Origin: a virus
Reading direction: 5' to 3' (one strand)
DNA: 64,000 nucleotides
Virus record (IMG/VR): IMGVR_UViG_3300045012_000235
Span: 1 to 64,000 of that record
Position numbers and translations under genes: made by a program. This document shows, piece by piece, positions 9,468 to 20,103 of this stretch. The notes below the pieces were generated by a model. It did not search any database and was not told the origin of the DNA. It saw nothing but the letters and a program-made list of their open reading frames with translations. Every line of letters begins with the position of its first letter. The stretch's first letter is position 1.

Positions 9468-10070
9468 TTGAACGGCGTGGAGCACGTCGTTCGCAACGGC
9501 CGATCGGTCGCGGGCTTCGGTGTCGGCGCACCCTCGGAGGCCGAAGCCGCCCTTCACTCGATCAAGGTTCGACTGGACCGGCCGCCCTGGCTCCGCGCAA
9601 TCAGCATCACGTCCTCGAAGATCGGCGACGTCATCCTCATCGAGGTCCAGCGACCCGAACACGTACCGATTGCTCAAATGATCGTGGGCGACCGCGTCAA
9701 CATGGTGCCCGTCCACTACGAGGCGGGGAGTAACGCCGGAGTCGGGATCGGCGCGCTCTGGTCACCCGACTGGCGCAACACCTCCACGAAGCTCGCTGCA
9801 ATGGAACGACTAATTGCCGAGGGTCGCGGAGACACACTCGTGGAGGGCGGCGGGTGCACCGAACCGGGTGGGGGGATCGTACCCACGCAGCGCACCGCGC
9901 TTGAGATGGCAAAACTGCTGCGCAAACGCGAACACGGGCTCGGCGACAAAACATCCGAGACCGAGCACCACTGGCCGTGGAAGGACGCCGTCGTCATGAG
10001 CGTCGCGGGCGCGCTAACCGGCTGGGTGCTCGAGGAGATCGCGCGGCGAACGTTCCGGAGGAAGCGATGA
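9468..10070 (+). CDS. Membrane-anchored protein, RxGRxxxGFxxG family 1
   Basis: N-terminal VRNGRSVAGFGVG; C-terminal hydrophobic segment plus RRKR; start may be GTG 9477. Confidence 0.7.
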   Translation: MNGVEHVVRNGRSVAGFGVGAPSEAEAALHSIKVRLDRPPWLRAISITSSKIGDVILIEVQRPEHVPIAQMIVGDRVNMVPVHYEAGSNAGVGIGALWSPDWRNTSTKLAAMERLIAEGRGDTLVEGGGCTEPGGGIVPTQRTALEMAKLLRKREHGLGDKTSETEHHWPWKDAVVMSVAGALTGWVLEEIARRTFRRKR

Positions 10071-10612
10071 TGATGCGCGGCGGACGACAGGTTGCAGGGT
10101 TCGCGCTCGGTTTTGGTTCACCTAGCGACTGGTACTACACCCGCTTTATCTATGCCGGGGATGTCAAAGAGGCGAAGAACCGCGTTGACGCGAAATACCA
10201 GAGCCTCAACCGCGATGTGCAGGCGTGCGCCAAACTGTCCCCCGGCGACAAAACTGCTTGGACCGACGCTTTCACGGCCTGGCGCAAGCTGTATTGCAGC
10301 AACGACAGCGGAACGTGCACCGAGCCGGATGCCTCGATCTTTGGCGCTGGTGGTGCGATGGACGACGTCGAACGGGCCGAGAAGTCCGCGTTTGCATGGC
10401 AGACCAAAATCAAAGCAACGTGCCAAGTAAGCGGTCCGATGGAGAAACCTGACGCTGCGAAACGCGATGAAGGCGGTCCCAGCCAGTGGTTCGCGGAGCA
10501 CAAGACGGCACTCATCGTGGGCGGAGTCGTCGTCGGAGGGGTCGTCGTGCTGGGGGTACTCGCGCCATACGCCAAAATAGCTGCCGCCGCGTTACCTCGC
10601 AGAACCGGGTGA
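10067..10612 (+). CDS. Membrane-anchored protein, family 2
   Basis: MMMRGGRQVAGFALG; C-terminal TM LIVGGVVVGGVVVLGVL. Confidence 0.75.
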   Translation: MMMRGGRQVAGFALGFGSPSDWYYTRFIYAGDVKEAKNRVDAKYQSLNRDVQACAKLSPGDKTAWTDAFTAWRKLYCSNDSGTCTEPDASIFGAGGAMDDVERAEKSAFAWQTKIKATCQVSGPMEKPDAAKRDEGGPSQWFAEHKTALIVGGVVVGGVVVLGVLAPYAKIAAAALPRRTG

Positions 10613-10616
10613 TCGA

Positions 10617-11252
10617 ATGGTTCCGGAAACGAGGTTCCCGATGAAAATAATGCGCGGCGGACGACCGGTTCAAGGATTCGCGCTGGGAGGCAGCTTCTTC
10701 GGAACCAAGATCGACGACCTCGACAGGCTGATCAAGAACAAGGATGTCGAGATGTCGGCGATGGGCGTCGAAGTCGCCAAGTCCTCCGACTCGAGCATCC
10801 AGCAGGATTGGACGGCGCTCAACCAGGCGTACCAGGCCGCGCGCGCTGTGGGGCTCAAGATGATCACGGACAGCCGAGGTTCTTCCGTGCCCGAGATCTT
10901 GCAACCGGTGGATCCTGACGTGCCCCTCAAGGCGATCGTCGCAGTGCTGCAACCGAGTGAGCACCAAGTCACTCGAGGGAGCAAGCAGGACATCGCCAAC
11001 CGACTCATGGCGTCGGGCTGGAAGCCATCATACCAGTTGGACAACAGGCCAAAAGGATCGGCAGCACCCTTACCGCCGCCCCCATCCACAGATCCACCAA
11101 CACCGGCTGCAGCGTCTTCGTCCGCTCCCGCAGCACCGCCCGCAACGCCGCCCAACGCGGATTCTCCCTGGCTCGTGCCCGCGATCGTCGCCGGAGGCGT
11201 TGTCCTTCTCGGCGGCGTTCTCGTGGTGGTCGCCCGTCAAAGAGCTGCGTAG
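10617..11252 (+). CDS. Membrane-anchored protein, family 3
   Basis: IMRGGRPVQGFALG; Pro linker; C-terminal TM; start may be 10641. Confidence 0.75.
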   Translation: MVPETRFPMKIMRGGRPVQGFALGGSFFGTKIDDLDRLIKNKDVEMSAMGVEVAKSSDSSIQQDWTALNQAYQAARAVGLKMITDSRGSSVPEILQPVDPDVPLKAIVAVLQPSEHQVTRGSKQDIANRLMASGWKPSYQLDNRPKGSAAPLPPPPSTDPPTPAAASSSAPAAPPATPPNADSPWLVPAIVAGGVVLLGGVLVVVARQRAA

Positions 11253-11285
11253 ACGGACCGCCTGAAGCGTCGTACGCTCGAACGC

Positions 11286-11576
11286 ATGGAACATCTTCGG
11301 TTCGGCGGTCGACCCGCCCCTGGATTCGGCGTGGGCGCAGGCTCTTTCGTCAAATCGAGCACGGAGCATGTCTTCACCAAGCCCGGGGGCACGTTGGGCG
11401 CCTTCCTCGGCGGCGCTGCGATGAGCGCCATCGCGGGCGTCGCCGCCGTCACCTTCTTCGGCGAGGGGACCAACATCGGCGGCATCGGCGCCGTTGCCTC
11501 GCGCCTGCAACGCAACTGGAAAGTGCTCGCAGCCACCGCGGTCGCGGGCGGCGTCGTCGGCGCCATCGCGAAGTAG
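11286..11576 (+). CDS. Small membrane protein, family 4
   Basis: LRFGGRPAPGFGVG; two Gly/Ala-rich hydrophobic segments. Confidence 0.7.
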   Translation: MEHLRFGGRPAPGFGVGAGSFVKSSTEHVFTKPGGTLGAFLGGAAMSAIAGVAAVTFFGEGTNIGGIGAVASRLQRNWKVLAATAVAGGVVGAIAK

Positions 11577-11996
11577 CTAGCCCAGGATCAGCGGCTCGCG
11601 CGCGTCACTGTCGGTCGCGTACGGCGCCGCAAAAAGAACAACCATCACCGGCAGCGCGTCCTGGCGGTTGATGATGAGCCAGAAAGCGTCCGACTCCCAC
11701 GGTAGGCTCGCGACCTTGTGCGCGGATTGGTGCGCGACACCGAGGACCTCGAGCATCTTGGCGCCGCCGCGCCCGAGCCCTTGCCGCAAGCGCGAGACGT
11801 AGTGCGTGCGAGGCGTTGCCTCGAACCCGGAGGGATCGGCTTCCGCGGTGACGAGAACGATGTCGCCCGTACGGAACCGCTGACGTGCCATCCGGTACGC
11901 GCCGAGCACCACGCCGGGATCTTGGAAGAGTCGCGCCACGAGGCGTTTGCAGTCGTCCGTCGTACCGGGAGCAAATTCGAGAGCGGTTCCGAGCAT
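11577..11996 (-). CDS. Hypothetical protein
   Basis: Convergent ORF with protein-like composition. Confidence 0.55.
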   Translation of the reverse strand: MLGTALEFAPGTTDDCKRLVARLFQDPGVVLGAYRMARQRFRTGDIVLVTAEADPSGFEATPRTHYVSRLRQGLGRGGAKMLEVLGVAHQSAHKVASLPWESDAFWLIINRQDALPVMVVLFAAPYATDSDAREPLILG

Positions 11997-12037
11997 GACG
12001 AGGACGGTAGCGCGGGACTTGTTCGATCGTCAACAGG

Positions 12038-12106
12038 CATACCCAAGTATGTCCCGAGTATTCCCCGATTCGGTAATTGTGACTCGGTTGAGCCGCGTGA
12101 TACCGT
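12038..12106 (+). promoter_or_regulatory. Conserved box plus extended -10 promoter
   Basis: CATACCCAAGTATGTCCCGAGTATTCCCC; TGA-TACCGT with the hexamer at +63. Confidence 0.75.
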
Positions 12107-12219
12107 GGAGGCGGACAAGAAGATGGAATCGGCGATGCTCATCGGCCTCGTACGCAGCGTGTGCCGTTTCCTCTTTCACGCCCCCGCGCGGGGCTATTTC
12201 ATTGTCGGAGGCCTGCACC

Positions 12220-12411
12220 ATGCAATCGAATAAGGTCCACGAAGAAGTTCTGTCCTGCGGCTACGGTCGCTGCTGCCCGACCGTCCGGATCTTCGACGAC
12301 GGTTCCGTCGAGCTGATGGACAACGACGTCGAAAGCGGATCGACGGGCACGATCAAGCTCCGTCCGGAAGTCGCCGCGCGTCTCGCTGAGCTCTTGACCG
12401 CAAAGCGATGA
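12220..12411 (+). CDS. Small Cys-containing protein
   Basis: GGAGG upstream; SCGYGRCCPTV. Confidence 0.65.
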   Translation: MQSNKVHEEVLSCGYGRCCPTVRIFDDGSVELMDNDVESGSTGTIKLRPEVAARLAELLTAKR

Positions 12412-12668
12412 TTTACGTCGCGCTCGTTGGCCTGACCCTCATCCTCGTGCGCGGGACGATCTTTCGCCCGTTGCAGCGGCTGTACCCGCCGCTTTTTCGA
12501 TGCTCTCAGTGCGTCGGGATGTGGGTTGGGCTCGCAGCGGGCATAACCGGGATCGCGTCAATGGATCGAGGACGGATCGTGGATGCCATCCTTTGCGGGA
12601 CGGCGACGAGCGTTCTGTCCCTGTTCACAGATGCCGTCCTACTAAAGCTGCTCGGCGACCCGAGCTGA
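12408..12668 (+). CDS. DUF1360-like membrane protein
   Basis: TM, then IFRPL..LFRCSQCVGMWVG, then TM. Confidence 0.65.
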   Translation: MIYVALVGLTLILVRGTIFRPLQRLYPPLFRCSQCVGMWVGLAAGITGIASMDRGRIVDAILCGTATSVLSLFTDAVLLKLLGDPS

Positions 12669-12696
12669 AGAAAAAACACGAACGAAGGAGAAGTCC

Positions 12697-12939
12697 ATGC
12701 GCAGAAACATGACGACCTTGAAGTGCAGATCCGGCGGTGTGCAAAACGGCAACGGCGCTGGCCATCCGCGTTCGCTCATCGATGAGGCGGCGTATCGAGA
12801 ACACCGAAACAACGCCAACGTCCACGCCAACAACGGGACATCCCCTCACTACGACCCGCAGTACAGCGGGTGGTCCAATGCGTCGCGACCTCGCGACCAA
12901 GCCATCTCGCTGCGGTCCGTCACGCCGAGATCCAGCTGA
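12697..12939 (+). CDS. Small protein, SGWSNASRPRD paralog A
   Basis: AAGGAG RBS; paralog of the next gene. Confidence 0.75.
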   Translation: MRRNMTTLKCRSGGVQNGNGAGHPRSLIDEAAYREHRNNANVHANNGTSPHYDPQYSGWSNASRPRDQAISLRSVTPRSS

Positions 12940-12963
12940 CCTGAGCCAGAAAAGGAAAATCCG

Positions 12964-13194
12964 ATGCGACGCAAGCTGAAAAATTTGAAGAACAAGGGCG
13001 GCCACAGTGAAAACGGTGCACCCCGGCAACTCATCGACGAGTCGGTGTACCGGGAACACAAGAACGCCATCAACGTCGTCGCTCTTGAATCTCACCAAGC
13101 GATCCATTGGAGCCCGCAGTTTAGCGGATGGAGCAACGCATCACGGCCCCGCGACTGCCCTATTTTTCTCCGACACGTCGTCCTCCTGGACTAG
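12964..13194 (+). CDS. Small protein, SGWSNASRPRD paralog B
   Basis: Shares LIDE..YREH.N..NV and PQ(Y/F)SGWSNASRPRD with paralog A. Confidence 0.75.
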   Translation: MRRKLKNLKNKGGHSENGAPRQLIDESVYREHKNAINVVALESHQAIHWSPQFSGWSNASRPRDCPIFLRHVVLLD

Positions 13195-13258
13195 GAAAAC
13201 GTCCACGAAAGCAATCGTTTTGCTCCTGATTTGAAAGTTTTTACGTCACGGAGATCCC

Positions 13259-15115
13259 ATGAGTCTCATCATCGGTCGAGGACGGTACGCACGTGAGGCG
13301 TATCCCACTGCACCCGGAGCCGGAGGTGGCAGCGGAAGTCTCACGGGACCGACCGGTCCGAGCGGGGGTCCGGTCGGACCGACAGGTGCCCCTGGACCGA
13401 CAGGTCCGAGCGGAGCAACCGGCGCCACAGGAGTGGGCGCGAGCGGACCGACGGGGGCAGCGTCCACCGTCACCGGACCCACGGGTGCAACCGGTTCAGC
13501 GTCCACGGGCAGTACGGGACCGACGGGCGCTCCATCCGTCGTCACGGGACCCACGGGGACCTCTGGACCGACAGGCAACACGGGACCCCAAGGCACCGCA
13601 GCAAACACCGGCGCTACAGGATCAACGGGGAGTGCGGGACCAACGGGCAGCACAGGACCTCAAGGCACCGCAGCAAACACCGGCGCCACCGGACCGACGG
13701 GCGCAACGGGCGCCGGAGCGACTGGGCCAACAGGGGCAGCCTCAACGGTAACAGGCCCCACGGGGGCTTCGGGACCCACCGGAGCCGCGTCCACAGTCAC
13801 TGGCCCGACGGGAGAGACCGGGGCAGGTGTCACGGGGCCTACTGGAGCAACGGGTCACACCGGGAGCACAGGATCGACTGGGGCAGTAGGAACAGGTCCG
13901 ACAGGCCCCACGGGATCGGCGTCGACCGGAAGCACGGGGCCGACCGGTGCGGCATCGGCGGTCACCGGACCAACCGGTGCGGATGCAACGGGACCCACCG
14001 GCCCAACTGGAGCCGCATCAACAGTCACCGGACCAACCGGTGCGGGTGCGACAGGACCCACGGGTCCGACCGGCGCAACCGGGCACACGGGAGGGGCGGG
14101 GTCGACGGGACCCACCGGCGCGGCTTCCGTCGTGACCGGCCCCACCGGCGCCGCGGGATCAACGGGTCTGACCGGAGCCACCGGATCTACCGGAGCAAGC
14201 TCGGGGCTCGCAGAACATTCGCTCTACGTCACCTCCTTCCGCACCTTCACCGTGCCTTTCGGCGTCACCACCATGCGCGCCACGCTCGCGGGCGGTGGAG
14301 GTGGTGGAGGCGGCGGGGCCACCGGGTACACCACGGCAAGCGGGCTCTCTGGGCTGTTTAGTAACGGCGGTGGCGGCGGAGGCGGATCCACGCCCGTCAC
14401 TGTCATCCTTACAGGTCTATCCAGTGGAGATACTCTCGATCTCCTCCCAGGTGCCGGCGGTGCAGGGGCTGCGGCTGGAGGTAACCTGCCTGGATCACCG
14501 GGCGGAATAACCACAATTGGTGATTCAACATCCTCTGTCACATATGCCCAAGCTCCCGGAGGTAGCGGTGGCGGGAGTTCCACTGTATTTGGGCAAGTGG
14601 CGGGCGGCGGCGCTCCAACAACCGCCGCCGGCGGGAACAACATTCCAAACGTTCTCGCCCCTCAATCGGTCCTCTCCAGTGTGCCAGGTCAGGGCGGATG
14701 CGGTGGAGGCAACTACACGTCCGTGACGTACGCAGGAGTTACACCTTCACTGGTCAATGTCACCGCCCCATCCAGCCCAGGAAACGACAACACGGTAGGT
14801 CTCTTTCCTGGAGGACCACTGGGTAGTGCGGGACTCCCTTCAACGTTTGCCGCTGGCAACGGTGGTGGCGGCGGTGGTGGTGGTCCCGGAATCGTCTTTA
14901 CGAACCAAAGCGCCGGTGCGGGCGGGCAAGGCGGCAACGGGGCCTCCGGTTCCACCGCAGCCACGGCGGGCTCCCCCGGTGGAGCTGCCCCTGCCAATTC
15001 CGGCGCTGGAGGCGGCGGAGGCGGGGGCGGCGGGTGCGCAAACACGGCTCCAGCAGCCGGCGGCGCAGGCGGCAACGGCGGCAGCGGATTCATTCTGCTC
15101 GAGTGGCTCGCGTAA
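13259..15115 (+). CDS. Collagen-like fibre 1 with Gly-rich head
   Basis: [20 protein letters not shown] tag, GPT/GAT repeats, FTVP..GGGGGG...[10 protein letters not shown] phage Gly-rich domain. Confidence 0.85.
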   Translation: MSLIIGRGRYAREAYPTAPGAGGGSGSLTGPTGPSGGPVGPTGAPGPTGPSGATGATGVGASGPTGAASTVTGPTGATGSASTGSTGPTGAPSVVTGPTGTSGPTGNTGPQGTAANTGATGSTGSAGPTGSTGPQGTAANTGATGPTGATGAGATGPTGAASTVTGPTGASGPTGAASTVTGPTGETGAGVTGPTGATGHTGSTGSTGAVGTGPTGPTGSASTGSTGPTGAASAVTGPTGADATGPTGPTGAASTVTGPTGAGATGPTGPTGATGHTGGAGSTGPTGAASVVTGPTGAAGSTGLTGATGSTGASSGLAEHSLYVTSFRTFTVPFGVTTMRATLAGGGGGGGGGATGYTTASGLSGLFSNGGGGGGGSTPVTVILTGLSSGDTLDLLPGAGGAGAAAGGNLPGSPGGITTIGDSTSSVTYAQAPGGSGGGSSTVFGQVAGGGAPTTAAGGNNIPNVLAPQSVLSSVPGQGGCGGGNYTSVTYAGVTPSLVNVTAPSSPGNDNTVGLFPGGPLGSAGLPSTFAAGNGGGGGGGGPGIVFTNQSAGAGGQGGNGASGSTAATAGSPGGAAPANSGAGGGGGGGGGCANTAPAAGGAGGNGGSGFILLEWLA

Positions 15116-15156
15116 TTCAAAACAACGCGGTTCAGCGGACCTGACAAGGAACAATC

Positions 15157-17673
15157 ATGACTCTCCCCATCAACAATCAGGTTTACACCGCCGCGTACGC
15201 GGGCGCGCTTGCCGGCATGGGCGTTGGGTCGCGCATGCTTTCAGCGAATACGAGCATCGCGTCGCTCGCGGGAGCGTGGGCGTCCTCGTTCGACGCCGTG
15301 TGGAACTCGGCGACGCAGATCGACCAGCTCCAGCACGACGCCATCCAGAACGCCAGCACCGCTGCATGGTTGAGCCTGAGCAACATCCTCGTCGACTCCA
15401 CCACGCTCGCCCCCGCGACGTACACCAACCAGATCCAGCAAATCGTCGCCCAGATCGCGGCCGGTGAAAGCTACTTCACGAGCCAGGGCAACACGCCCCC
15501 GCCCTACGGCGGAGGGGGCGGCAGCATCAACCCGCTCATGGCGGCGCTCGTCTTCGTCGCCACGCTGGCCACTCCAGGCATCAGTCAAACGGCGCCCGCC
15601 GGAACCGGCAACCAGACGGGTTACACCACGACCTTGTCCGCCCAAAATGGGCAGACCAACAACCCAGGCCAGGGCGGGCAGGGCGGCAACTACGTTATCC
15701 AAGGTGGGGCCGGCGGAGGCAGTTCGACCGCAGTCGCCAACACCAACGGCGGCAACGTCATCGCCGAGCCGGGCGCTGCAGGCACCGGCGGTTCTGGGGC
15801 AGCAGGGCACTCCGGGTATTTTATCGTCTCCCCAGCCGGCGTTCCCGCCATCCAGATGGGGTTCGTCTCTGGCTCCGTGCCGGCTCTCTGGAATGGAGGT
15901 GTTTCGCCCTCGACGTCCAACTACGGACTGACGCTCGCATCGACACAAACCACGCTCAACTCGCCGTCGCTGCCGCTGTCTCTCTCGATTGCCAACATCT
16001 CGATCTGGGAAATCGCCGCTGTCGGTGGTGCGTCGACTCTTGCTCTCGGCACACCGAGCAGCACCAACTTTGCGCTGTCGACCGACGGACTCACCGAGAC
16101 CACCGTCAACGCCCCAGCAAATGGCGTGCTCGAGTTTCAAATTGGCGGAGACCTGGCGTGGCAAATGGGATTCGTGGGCAGCACCACGTTGCTCTGGAGC
16201 AACGCGGGCGGTTCGCCTGGAATCTCCAATTACATCCTTGCCGTCAACGACAGCACGGACAATGTTGCGCTCAACGCGCCCAGCACGGGGCTCGTTCAAT
16301 TTTCTCAAGCAGGCACCAACATCTGGGAGATGGGACTGATTGGGGGTACCACCTCCGCGCTCTACAGCAACATCGCCACCCCCAACTCGAGCAACTACAC
16401 GCTGTCCGAGAACTCGAGCGAGACCATCATCAACGGTCCAACCAGTGGGTACGTGTTCTCGAGCGTCAACGGCGTACCGTTTCTCAAGTTCGGCGCTCTC
16501 GTAGGGCTCTCGACCGGAAGCGCCATCTACGGCAGTGCGGCCACGCCCACCGCCAACAATTTCATGATCGCGACGGACAACGTGTCCGTCACGCAAGTCA
16601 ATGCACCCACCACGACGGGTTACGTCGACTTGTCCAACGGTGGCACGGTCAACTGGCAATTCGGTGTCATTGCCGGAGGATCTTCTCCGGCCATCTACAG
16701 CGCCGGATCCACCACCTCCACCGGGTTTACTCTTCTCAGCACCAACGCCATCACGATACTCAATGTCCCATCTTCGTCGGGACTCATTGGACTTTCCGCC
16801 CAAGCTGGGGTGATGTGGCAATTCAGCAACGTCCCGAGCACAAGCCTGAACGGCATTTACGGCGGTTCGGTATCCATTTCTTCGACCAACTACGCGTTTG
16901 CGTGGGAGTCCAGCACCACCATCGTCAACGGTCCGGGTAGCATCATCTTCGCCAACAACGGTGTGTCCGAATGGCAGATGCAGCCGCTTTCAGGCGCCGC
17001 TGCACTCTACGCCAACGCCGTCTCTCCCGGCTCAAGCAATTTTACATTGCTCGTGACTCCGGCCGGAGGAACGGTCCTCAACGCGCAGGCCGGTTCGCCC
17101 AGCACAGGTGCGGTCAGTTTTGCCGTGGACGGAACTGTCTGCTTCGGCATGTCCAACAGTGGCAGCGGGATCAATCAGCTCATTGCAGGCAACTTCCAGA
17201 GCACTCCATGTTTCGAAGTGGACAGCACCGGCAATGTTGAAATTATCGCACCCAACACAGGCGGTGACGTTGCCATTACAGCCGGCGGGAGTGCAGGGGG
17301 AGAGCTTGTTTTCTCCGTAGCCAGTGGAGAAGTGCTGGTGCTTGGCGGCACAGGGCTCGAGTTTGGAAGCGTCTCGTTCACTCTCACCACAGCCAACGCC
17401 ACGCTCACCGCAGCGGAAGCTGCCACAGCCATCAAAATCATTTTGACGGGCAGCATCACGGCATCCAGCCTCACGTTTACTTTCCCGGCCTCCAACGGCA
17501 TTTACTTTGTCGACATGTCCGGCCTCGGCATCGGCGCTGGCAATCAGCTCTTTTTCCGCAATGCCAACGGCGACACCGCCACCTTCCCCATCACCTCCAC
17601 TTCGCTCGCCAATTCCACGTTGGCTGTCGTGAGTGTCACCTCGACGACCGTTGCCGTTTCCTACATGTCCTAA
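15157..17673 (+). CDS. Large beta-rich fibre/spike with ~8 repeats of ~55 aa
   Basis: Repeats W(Q/E)(M/F)G...N(Y/F).L....T..N.P; N-terminal helical domain shared with 18120 gene. Confidence 0.8.
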   Translation: MTLPINNQVYTAAYAGALAGMGVGSRMLSANTSIASLAGAWASSFDAVWNSATQIDQLQHDAIQNASTAAWLSLSNILVDSTTLAPATYTNQIQQIVAQIAAGESYFTSQGNTPPPYGGGGGSINPLMAALVFVATLATPGISQTAPAGTGNQTGYTTTLSAQNGQTNNPGQGGQGGNYVIQGGAGGGSSTAVANTNGGNVIAEPGAAGTGGSGAAGHSGYFIVSPAGVPAIQMGFVSGSVPALWNGGVSPSTSNYGLTLASTQTTLNSPSLPLSLSIANISIWEIAAVGGASTLALGTPSSTNFALSTDGLTETTVNAPANGVLEFQIGGDLAWQMGFVGSTTLLWSNAGGSPGISNYILAVNDSTDNVALNAPSTGLVQFSQAGTNIWEMGLIGGTTSALYSNIATPNSSNYTLSENSSETIINGPTSGYVFSSVNGVPFLKFGALVGLSTGSAIYGSAATPTANNFMIATDNVSVTQVNAPTTTGYVDLSNGGTVNWQFGVIAGGSSPAIYSAGSTTSTGFTLLSTNAITILNVPSSSGLIGLSAQAGVMWQFSNVPSTSLNGIYGGSVSISSTNYAFAWESSTTIVNGPGSIIFANNGVSEWQMQPLSGAAALYANAVSPGSSNFTLLVTPAGGTVLNAQAGSPSTGAVSFAVDGTVCFGMSNSGSGINQLIAGNFQSTPCFEVDSTGNVEIIAPNTGGDVAITAGGSAGGELVFSVASGEVLVLGGTGLEFGSVSFTLTTANATLTAAEAATAIKIILTGSITASSLTFTFPASNGIYFVDMSGLGIGAGNQLFFRNANGDTATFPITSTSLANSTLAVVSVTSTTVAVSYMS

Positions 17674-17694
17674 ACACTTTCCGGAGTTTTACTC

Positions 17695-18114
17695 ATGAAA
17701 CACTTCCAGGTCCCGTACCCCGTCAAGGGTAGACCACTCAAAGCATCAACCGATCCCAACCTTCCGTCTCCCCCTGCTGTCGAGTGGGTGTTCATTCGAG
17801 TCGCCACGCTCTTGTGGCTCGAGGACACACGCCCGACGCAAACACCGGACGGCAAGGGATTCTCGATCGTCAAGCAGCGCCGATGGATCCGGGTCATCGA
17901 CAAGTTCGAGGCGGCCGAGGCGGGCGACTGGATCAGCCTCGACGACGAGGACTACGCCGCGCTCAAGCAAGTGGTGGAGGCCCCATCGCGCGCCTTCGCC
18001 GCCGCCGACATGCGCGCGTGCATCTCCTTTTCCGACGCCGTCCTCGCCGCAGTCGACGAGCTCCCGACCACCCACGTCAACGGGTCCAAAGAGAAGGCGA
18101 AGACAGCTTCTTAG
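17695..18114 (+). CDS. Hypothetical protein (possible fibre chaperone)
   Basis: GGAG RBS; lies between fibre genes; function inferred from position only. Confidence 0.65.
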   Translation: MKHFQVPYPVKGRPLKASTDPNLPSPPAVEWVFIRVATLLWLEDTRPTQTPDGKGFSIVKQRRWIRVIDKFEAAEAGDWISLDDEDYAALKQVVEAPSRAFAAADMRACISFSDAVLAAVDELPTTHVNGSKEKAKTAS

Positions 18115-18119
18115 TTCCA

Positions 18120-18815
18120 ATGAGCTACGTGCCCAAAAACGCGGTTGTGTACGGAGCTGCGATGGCCGGGGCGCTGGCGGCCTTGAGCCCTGGCGTCAAC
18201 GCCTTCTCCGCCACCACGTTCGCCAACGTCGCGCAGGCGTACGCGCAAGAGTTCGACACGCTCTGGGGCACGACGAAAGCGAGTCAAGTCGATACGCAAT
18301 CGATCTACGGGTCTAGCTTCCTCTTCTTTCTCGGCAAGCAAAACGGTCCGAACGGCAACATCCGCGTCACCGCGAACACCACCAACCCAGCGACGTACGC
18401 GGCCACCTGCCGAGCTCTGATTACGGTCGTGCAGCTCGGTCAAGGGGTCGTCACCGGCTTCTCGCCGCCGTATCTATTTTTGCCACCCTCCATCCTGGCC
18501 AATCCGGGATCGACCACCAATCTTCCGCAGGGGCCCGTCAACAACGTCCTCGCCACATCCACGGGCAGCGCAGCCAAGATCATCCTGCCCGCGGCTCCGG
18601 TCGACGGGGACGCGGTGATCGTCCACAACCTCGGCGCGTCCGTCTCGTCCCCCACGCTCGTCACGGCCACGGGCGGCAGCGCGCTCGAGAACCCTGGCGA
18701 CCCCGGGAACTTCAGCGCGGTCAACGGCACGATCGCCCTGACCGGTCAAGGGCAGTGCGTCTGGTGGCAATACCAGCTCAGTCGAGTGCAGTGGACGCTG
18801 CTCGTCAACTCCTAG
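18120..18815 (+). CDS. Structural protein: 15157-type N-domain plus fibre head
   Basis: [16 protein letters not shown]; C-terminus similar to the 26980 head. Confidence 0.75.
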   Translation: MSYVPKNAVVYGAAMAGALAALSPGVNAFSATTFANVAQAYAQEFDTLWGTTKASQVDTQSIYGSSFLFFLGKQNGPNGNIRVTANTTNPATYAATCRALITVVQLGQGVVTGFSPPYLFLPPSILANPGSTTNLPQGPVNNVLATSTGSAAKIILPAAPVDGDAVIVHNLGASVSSPTLVTATGGSALENPGDPGNFSAVNGTIALTGQGQCVWWQYQLSRVQWTLLVNS

Positions 18816-18825
18816 GATCGCTTCG

Positions 18826-20091
18826 ATGCCCAATCCGCGCGAAACGTGTCCGACCGGTCCGACCGGCAGTGGCGGCCCTGGACCGACCGGACCGACCGGG
18901 CCTGCCGGTTCTGGCTCCGGTGCGGGCGGAACAGGTCCGACAGGCGCTGCATCGACGGTGACAGGACCGACCGGCGCGACGGGTCCATCGGGGACAGGAG
19001 CAACCGGACCCGCCTCCGCGGTGACCGGACCTACGGGCGCAACCGGTCCTACCGGCGCAGCCTCCACGGTGACCGGACCTACGGGCGCGACCGGTCATAC
19101 CGGTGGGACGGGGCCCACAGGCGCTTCGGTGACCGGACCCACGGGCCCTGGAGGAGGGGGCGGAGGTCCACTGGTTGCGGTTGTTTTCAATCCAACTCCA
19201 ACGGTGGCCTCGACGTCGATCGTCTCCGCACGTTCTGCCAACCAATCCCCCATTACTTCAGGTCCGCTCAACGGCGGTACCAATCTCGGAAGCGACACAT
19301 CGGGGGGCACAACAGGCGTCTCGGCCGATTACGCCACCGTCAGCGGCGGCGATCAAAATGTGGCCAGCGCACAGTACGCCACCGTCCCCGGCGGTATGGG
19401 AAACACAGCATCGCAGCTCTACGCGTACGCGGAAGGTGTAGGGTCTACGTCGAGCGGTGTCGCTTCTCACGCGGAAGGGGCCAGCACGGCCTCTGGCACT
19501 TTCGCTCATACGGAGGGAACGGGAACGGCCTCTGGTGAGGGATCCCATGCCGAGGGAATACTCACCACGGCGCTCGGTCTCGGAGCGCACGCCGAAGGCT
19601 ATTGCTCGTGGGCCGGTCGCGATGGCCAACACGCGCAAGCGTCCGGCGCATTCAACCCATCCACACCGACCGCAGTCAGTGTCGCCCAAACAAGCGTCCT
19701 GGTCATGAGGGGGCAGACACAAGGACTGGTCGCGAACGAGACGGTCGCGCTTGGCTATGGAGGCGCCGTCGCGCCACCGACCGACACGTTTGAGCTCGAC
19801 AACGGCAAGGCGTACATCGTCAGCGTCGAGCTGGTCGTTCGCGCCGTCATCGGCGGCACCCCCACAACGCGATCCATGACACTCAAAGCCTCCGCTCGAT
19901 GCGACAGCGGAACCGCGACCATTGCAGGGACAAATACGGGCGAGTCGTTCGGCGACGCTGGTTTCGCCACCGCCACGCTGACGATTACCGCGTCCACCAA
20001 CACGCTCGTCATCACCTTCGGAACGGGATCGGGTGTCACCGCCGAGGCAAATGTTGTTGCACGTGTCCAGTTCACGGAAGTTACCAACTGA
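18826..20091 (+). CDS. Collagen-like fibre 2 with HAEG (beta-roll-like) repeats
   Basis: Degenerate tag [10 protein letters not shown]; GPT repeats; ASHAEG/AHTEG/GSHAEG/AHAEG. Confidence 0.8.
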   Translation: MPNPRETCPTGPTGSGGPGPTGPTGPAGSGSGAGGTGPTGAASTVTGPTGATGPSGTGATGPASAVTGPTGATGPTGAASTVTGPTGATGHTGGTGPTGASVTGPTGPGGGGGGPLVAVVFNPTPTVASTSIVSARSANQSPITSGPLNGGTNLGSDTSGGTTGVSADYATVSGGDQNVASAQYATVPGGMGNTASQLYAYAEGVGSTSSGVASHAEGASTASGTFAHTEGTGTASGEGSHAEGILTTALGLGAHAEGYCSWAGRDGQHAQASGAFNPSTPTAVSVAQTSVLVMRGQTQGLVANETVALGYGGAVAPPTDTFELDNGKAYIVSVELVVRAVIGGTPTTRSMTLKASARCDSGTATIAGTNTGESFGDAGFATATLTITASTNTLVITFGTGSGVTAEANVVARVQFTEVTN

Positions 20092-20103
20092 AGTGATGCG
20101 GGA

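Noticed and set aside
12697-13194. RiPP precursor peptides
   Set aside because: No radical SAM, YcaO, P450, peptidase or transporter nearby; kept only as unknown paralogs
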